DNA of 64,000 nt from Candidatus Latescibacterota bacterium (GTDB lineage: Bacteria; Latescibacterota; UBA2968; GCA-2709665). The notes below the pieces were generated by a model, which did not search any database, was not told where the DNA came from, and saw only the letters and a program-made list of their open reading frames with translations. The position numbers and the translations under genes were made by a program. Numbering within the stretch: the first letter of the stretch is position 1; each line of letters opens with the position of its first letter. Location: contig CAXXJS010000020.1 of NCBI GenBank assembly GCA_963662665.2, forward strand, positions 1 to 64,000. Direction: 5' to 3'. Shown here piece after piece: positions 60,352 through 64,000 of this stretch.

Positions 60352-61893
60352 ATGGACAGCATGGTTTTGGGGAAGATCCTTCAGAAAAACGCTCGGGATC
60401 CCGGCCTCAGGCACAAAACAGCCATTATCTACGGCAACTGCACGCTGACGTACAGCGAATTGAATGACCGGTGTAATCGTTTTGCCAACGGCCTGCTGGG
60501 CCTTGGCGTCCGGAAGGGAGATCGAATTGGCGTTCTGAGTCGTAATTCCGCCGTGTACGTCGCACTCTACTTTGCACTGGCCAAACTCGGCGCCATTATG
60601 GTTCCGGTCAATTTCTGGTATCGCAGCCGTGAAGTCCGCTATACGCTTCAACAGTCCGGCGCTCGCGGCCTGATCTTCCACTGTCGCTTCGCGGACGTCG
60701 TTGCCGGCGTCGGCGATCTATCCGGACTGGAATGGAAGCTTACCATCGGAGACAATCGCGGCAGCCGCCTGGAGGATGTGGCGGCCGGATCCCCGAATGT
60801 CGAACCGGAAGTCGAACCCGACGAGAACGATCCACACATTATTCTATACACGAGCGGCACGACTGGTTTTCCCAAAGGCGCGGTTTTCTCACACAAAAGC
60901 CATTACCTTCAGGCCCTCTCCCTCGCCCACTCAACCGGTGGTCGCAGCGATGACGTAGGACTGGTCGTCTACCCGCTCTTCCACACCGGCGGGCCGGACT
61001 GTCTGGTCCTTCCACACTTCCTGGTGGGCGGTAGCCTCGTGATTCTGGACGGTGCGGATCCGGACGCCATCCTGACGGCGGTTTCTACGCACAAGGCAAC
61101 CAACATTTTCTGCGTGCCGACGGTCTGGCGCTGGATACTTGTACGGCAGCACCGTAAGAAATACGACGTGACTTCGGTCCGGCGCTGTCTGGGTTCGTCG
61201 GACACCTTCCCGACGGCGCTGCTCGAGGATATCCTGACCACATTCGAAAGCGACGTTTACGTTACCTACGGACTCACGGAGGCCGGCTGCATCCTTACGG
61301 TCTGCCGTCTCACGGCAAGAGACATGGGCAAACTCGGCTCGGTGGGCCGACCCCTGCCGTCGGTTGAACTCGGCGTCGTGGATTCGTGCGGCAATCCGAT
61401 GACTCACGGAGAGGTAGGCGAGGTTGTCGCCAAGACGGCGTCTACGATGCTCGGATACTGGGACATGCCGGAGAAAACAAAGGAGGCGCTGAAGGGTGGA
61501 TGGCTATACACCGGAGACCTGGGCAGAATGGACAACGATGGCTTTCTCTACCTGTCGGGAAGGGCAAAGGATTTGATCATCAGCGGCGGGGAAAATGTCT
61601 ATCCGCTGGAAATCGAACGCCTGTTGAGAGAAAACCCGAAAATCCGCGACGCTGCCGTGGTCGGCATCCCGGACAGAGAATGGGGCGAGTCCGTATTGGC
61701 GGCGGTTGTGGCAGAGGACGGCGCAGACCTCGCGCCCGACGAGATTTCCGACTACGTGCGCATCCGTCTGGCGGGGTTCAAGAAACCCAGATGGGTTGAA
61801 ATCGTCAGCGAACTCCCGGTAACAACCGCCACGGGGAAAGTGCGGAAGGCCGTGTTGAGAGAACGTTTTCTTGGGAAATACGGTACCGCGTGA
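60352..61893 (+). CDS. AMP-binding acyl-CoA synthetase
   Basis: YTSGTTGFPKG, YGLTE, GWLYTGDLG, R.KDLIISGGENVYP.EIE, TGKV.K. Confidence 0.93.
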   Translation: MDSMVLGKILQKNARDPGLRHKTAIIYGNCTLTYSELNDRCNRFANGLLGLGVRKGDRIGVLSRNSAVYVALYFALAKLGAIMVPVNFWYRSREVRYTLQQSGARGLIFHCRFADVVAGVGDLSGLEWKLTIGDNRGSRLEDVAAGSPNVEPEVEPDENDPHIILYTSGTTGFPKGAVFSHKSHYLQALSLAHSTGGRSDDVGLVVYPLFHTGGPDCLVLPHFLVGGSLVILDGADPDAILTAVSTHKATNIFCVPTVWRWILVRQHRKKYDVTSVRRCLGSSDTFPTALLEDILTTFESDVYVTYGLTEAGCILTVCRLTARDMGKLGSVGRPLPSVELGVVDSCGNPMTHGEVGEVVAKTASTMLGYWDMPEKTKEALKGGWLYTGDLGRMDNDGFLYLSGRAKDLIISGGENVYPLEIERLLRENPKIRDAAVVGIPDREWGESVLAAVVAEDGADLAPDEISDYVRIRLAGFKKPRWVEIVSELPVTTATGKVRKAVLRERFLGKYGTA

Positions 61894-61899
61894 CCCGTA

Positions 61900-62802
61900 T
61901 CAGCAATTCTGTGGGATGCTGGTTCCGCTCAAATGTTCAGCCGCCCTGCATACCGCCGAAAAATCCAACTCTCCTGCGCCCAGGCCGCTGGCGGCTGCAT
62001 ACATCTGGTAGGTCGCTGCGCCAATCGGCATAGGCACGTTCAGTGCTTTACCAAGGTCCACGCCAATAGCCAGATCCTTCTTCATCAGATCCAGCATAAA
62101 TCCCGGCTCGAAAGAGTTCGCCAGCAGGAAGTCCGATACCCGCATCTGAAACAACGTGGAATTGGCCGAACTCACGCTGATAACCTGCCGCATGACCTCG
62201 GGGTCGGCCCCCGCCCGGATGCCGAGGATCAACCCCTCCGCGATTGCCGCCATATTGACGCCGCCGATGAGCTGATTGACGATCTTCACGGTCTGCCCCA
62301 CGCCAACCGGACCGACGTGGAAGATATTTTCCTCGTTACCCATCGCGTTGAACAACCCTCTGCACCGATCGAAGTCTGTTGCGTCTCCGCCGGCGATGAT
62401 CGTTAGTGTCCCGTTTATCGCACCCGTATCACCCCCGCTTACCGGCGCATCCATCACAGCGACACCCTTTGAGGACGCCTCTTCGGCTATTTCCCTGATC
62501 GTAAGCGGTGAAATCGTACTCATGTCCACAATCAGGCTTCCTTCGGACGCGCCCTTCAGCACGCCATTGTCGCCAATGATCACTTCGCGAACTTCCGGAT
62601 CGGCCGTTACGATTGTAATCACAATGTCTGTTTCTTCCGCGACGGCAGCCGGAGACCCCACCGACCGTGCGCCCTGACCCTCCATTTCGGCAATGATCTC
62701 CGCACGACGTGCGTAGAACGTGAGATCGTACCCGGCCTTAATAAGATTGATCGCCATTGGTTTGCCCATAATACCCAGTCCGATAAACCCTACGCTTTCC
62801 AT
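61900..62802 (-). CDS. Beta-hydroxyacid dehydrogenase (2-hydroxy-3-oxopropionate reductase / 3-hydroxyisobutyrate dehydrogenase family)
   Basis: GFIGLGIMG.PMA, DMSTISP, DAPVSGG, K..NQ, KDL, DFSA. Confidence 0.92.
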   Translation of the reverse strand: MESVGFIGLGIMGKPMAINLIKAGYDLTFYARRAEIIAEMEGQGARSVGSPAAVAEETDIVITIVTADPEVREVIIGDNGVLKGASEGSLIVDMSTISPLTIREIAEEASSKGVAVMDAPVSGGDTGAINGTLTIIAGGDATDFDRCRGLFNAMGNEENIFHVGPVGVGQTVKIVNQLIGGVNMAAIAEGLILGIRAGADPEVMRQVISVSSANSTLFQMRVSDFLLANSFEPGFMLDLMKKDLAIGVDLGKALNVPMPIGAATYQMYAAASGLGAGELDFSAVCRAAEHLSGTSIPQNC

Positions 62803-62908
62803 CGTTGCCTCCTATCGTCTGACTCTGGCAGCATTCTGGTGATCGGGTGACTGCGTCCACGGAAAACGTCACGGGAAGGGCCCGCAATGCATCACCGGCG
62901 TCTTCCGT

Positions 62909-64000
62909 TCATCCATCTTCAGTACGGCGGGTCTGCAGGACCATCAACTGGCCCACGGGGTTCTCGATAGCCCCCAGCGGACGCCGTTTCTCTATTGACC
63001 AGATGTCGTTTGCCGTTATGTAGAGGTGTCCGTCCGCAACTTTGTTGTAACACAGCTGTGGGTATCGCGATTGAGGCACATCGGGAACCAGCAGATCGAA
63101 CGTATCGCTTTCAGGGTGATAGGCGATAAAGCGGTCCATGAAGTGATAAGGCAATCCGTCCACACCGATGTGCGGATCTTCTTTCATCTGAATATAATCG
63201 CCGGTCTTCTCGTCGTACCGGAATCCTGAATCATACGTGCTCAGGTTGTTCAACTGCCACTCCTGGTAAAAAACCCCGCCGCCGATGAATCCGAAGTCCT
63301 CCTTCCATCCCGGCACATCCCGTTCGTACGTCTCTCCCGTACGACGGTCCAGCCGGATGAGCCGACCCTCCCTGTAATTCACGACAAACCGCTCAGCACG
63401 CGCTCCCGGTCGCGACGGCGGCGCCGGATGCGAATCTTCCGCCAGGAACCCGCGCACCTCGGGATCGTAGTACACGCGGCGATGCACGCCGTCGTTTCGT
63501 GGAACCGCAAATATCTCCAGCCGCTCGGGCCAATCGACCTCCCCTATATCCGGCAGCACGCCGGGTTTCGGATATTCAAGGACCTCCCCCAGTTCCGTCT
63601 CAACGTCCCAGATCACCAGACACGGCCTCGACCGCTCAGGCATATAAAGCACGTTGCGCGCCTTATCCGCGTGACCGTACCAGAGGTTCGCCTCCGGAAA
63701 CGGCTTGTCGACGTGGTACACGCGTGTCGCCGCAACGTCGAATACCGTAAACTTTCCGTTTGTCTGCGGCAGGACGTAGACCTTGCCCCCGGCGCAGAGA
63801 CACTGGCTTCCCCCGTGTTTTTCGGGAATCGAAATCGTGTCGATCTGCCCTGACTCGGGTTCGTACCGGTGGAGCGCAGGCAGACTGCCCGTAAACCAAA
63901 GTGCGCCGCAGTCGTCATCGTCGATCCCGTAGACACGTGTATTTTTCACGTCGACCCAGACCGGATACATCCTCGGCAGTTCAGGCATCACATTCCTCAA
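62909..64000 (-). CDS. Hypothetical protein, probable beta-propeller; may start at 63988 or extend past the window
   Basis: Repeated blade-like motifs (LWFT..LHRYEP..G, FTVFDV, VIWDV.T, RLDRRTG, IAYHP..D). Confidence 0.55.
   Translation of the reverse strand: MRNVMPELPRMYPVWVDVKNTRVYGIDDDDCGALWFTGSLPALHRYEPESGQIDTISIPEKHGGSQCLCAGGKVYVLPQTNGKFTVFDVAATRVYHVDKPFPEANLWYGHADKARNVLYMPERSRPCLVIWDVETELGEVLEYPKPGVLPDIGEVDWPERLEIFAVPRNDGVHRRVYYDPEVRGFLAEDSHPAPPSRPGARAERFVVNYREGRLIRLDRRTGETYERDVPGWKEDFGFIGGGVFYQEWQLNNLSTYDSGFRYDEKTGDYIQMKEDPHIGVDGLPYHFMDRFIAYHPESDTFDLLVPDVPQSRYPQLCYNKVADGHLYITANDIWSIEKRRPLGAIENPVGQLMVLQTRRTEDG

Noticed and set aside
1-64000. CRISPR arrays, tRNA/rRNA genes, transposases, integrases, phage or defence genes
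   Set aside because: No regularly spaced repeats, RNA-gene signatures or matching protein motifs seen by eye; intergenic gaps are short.

Overview
GC-rich bacterial chromosomal window with about 47 protein genes. I found no rRNA, tRNA, CRISPR array or transposase. TamA/TamB, a cohesin plus FlgD-type C-terminal-domain protein, DUF2723 and CehA/McbA hydrolases suggest a Gram-negative FCB-group organism such as Latescibacterota (inference only). Housekeeping loci: tamAB, clpB with a consensus sigma-54 promoter, asd under a lysine riboswitch with an attenuator, purN-(purC pseudogene)-mreB-mreC, galU, pcm, ccsA-sirC-hemA-hemC-cobA/hemD, anmK, ggt, a short methionine synthase and an ArgE-like peptidase. 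These are mixed with many catabolic enzymes of unknown substrate. Most notable: (1) three families of small TA-ended palindromic MITE-like elements (7 copies or fragments), four ending exactly on a gene's stop codon; (2) purC destroyed by a frameshift plus an internal deletion fusing its N- and C-termini; (3) an apparent catabolic operon (frameshifted transglutaminase-like protein, active CE7 esterase, catalytically dead CE7 paralogue, PLP class-V enzyme, 2-hydroxyacid dehydrogenase, CehA/McbA hydrolase) with a second CehA/McbA paralogue nearby; (4) a GILT/DsbA-like multi-thioredoxin protein coupled to a signal-peptide-bearing Pcm. All calls are by eye and from remembered motifs; no searches were run.
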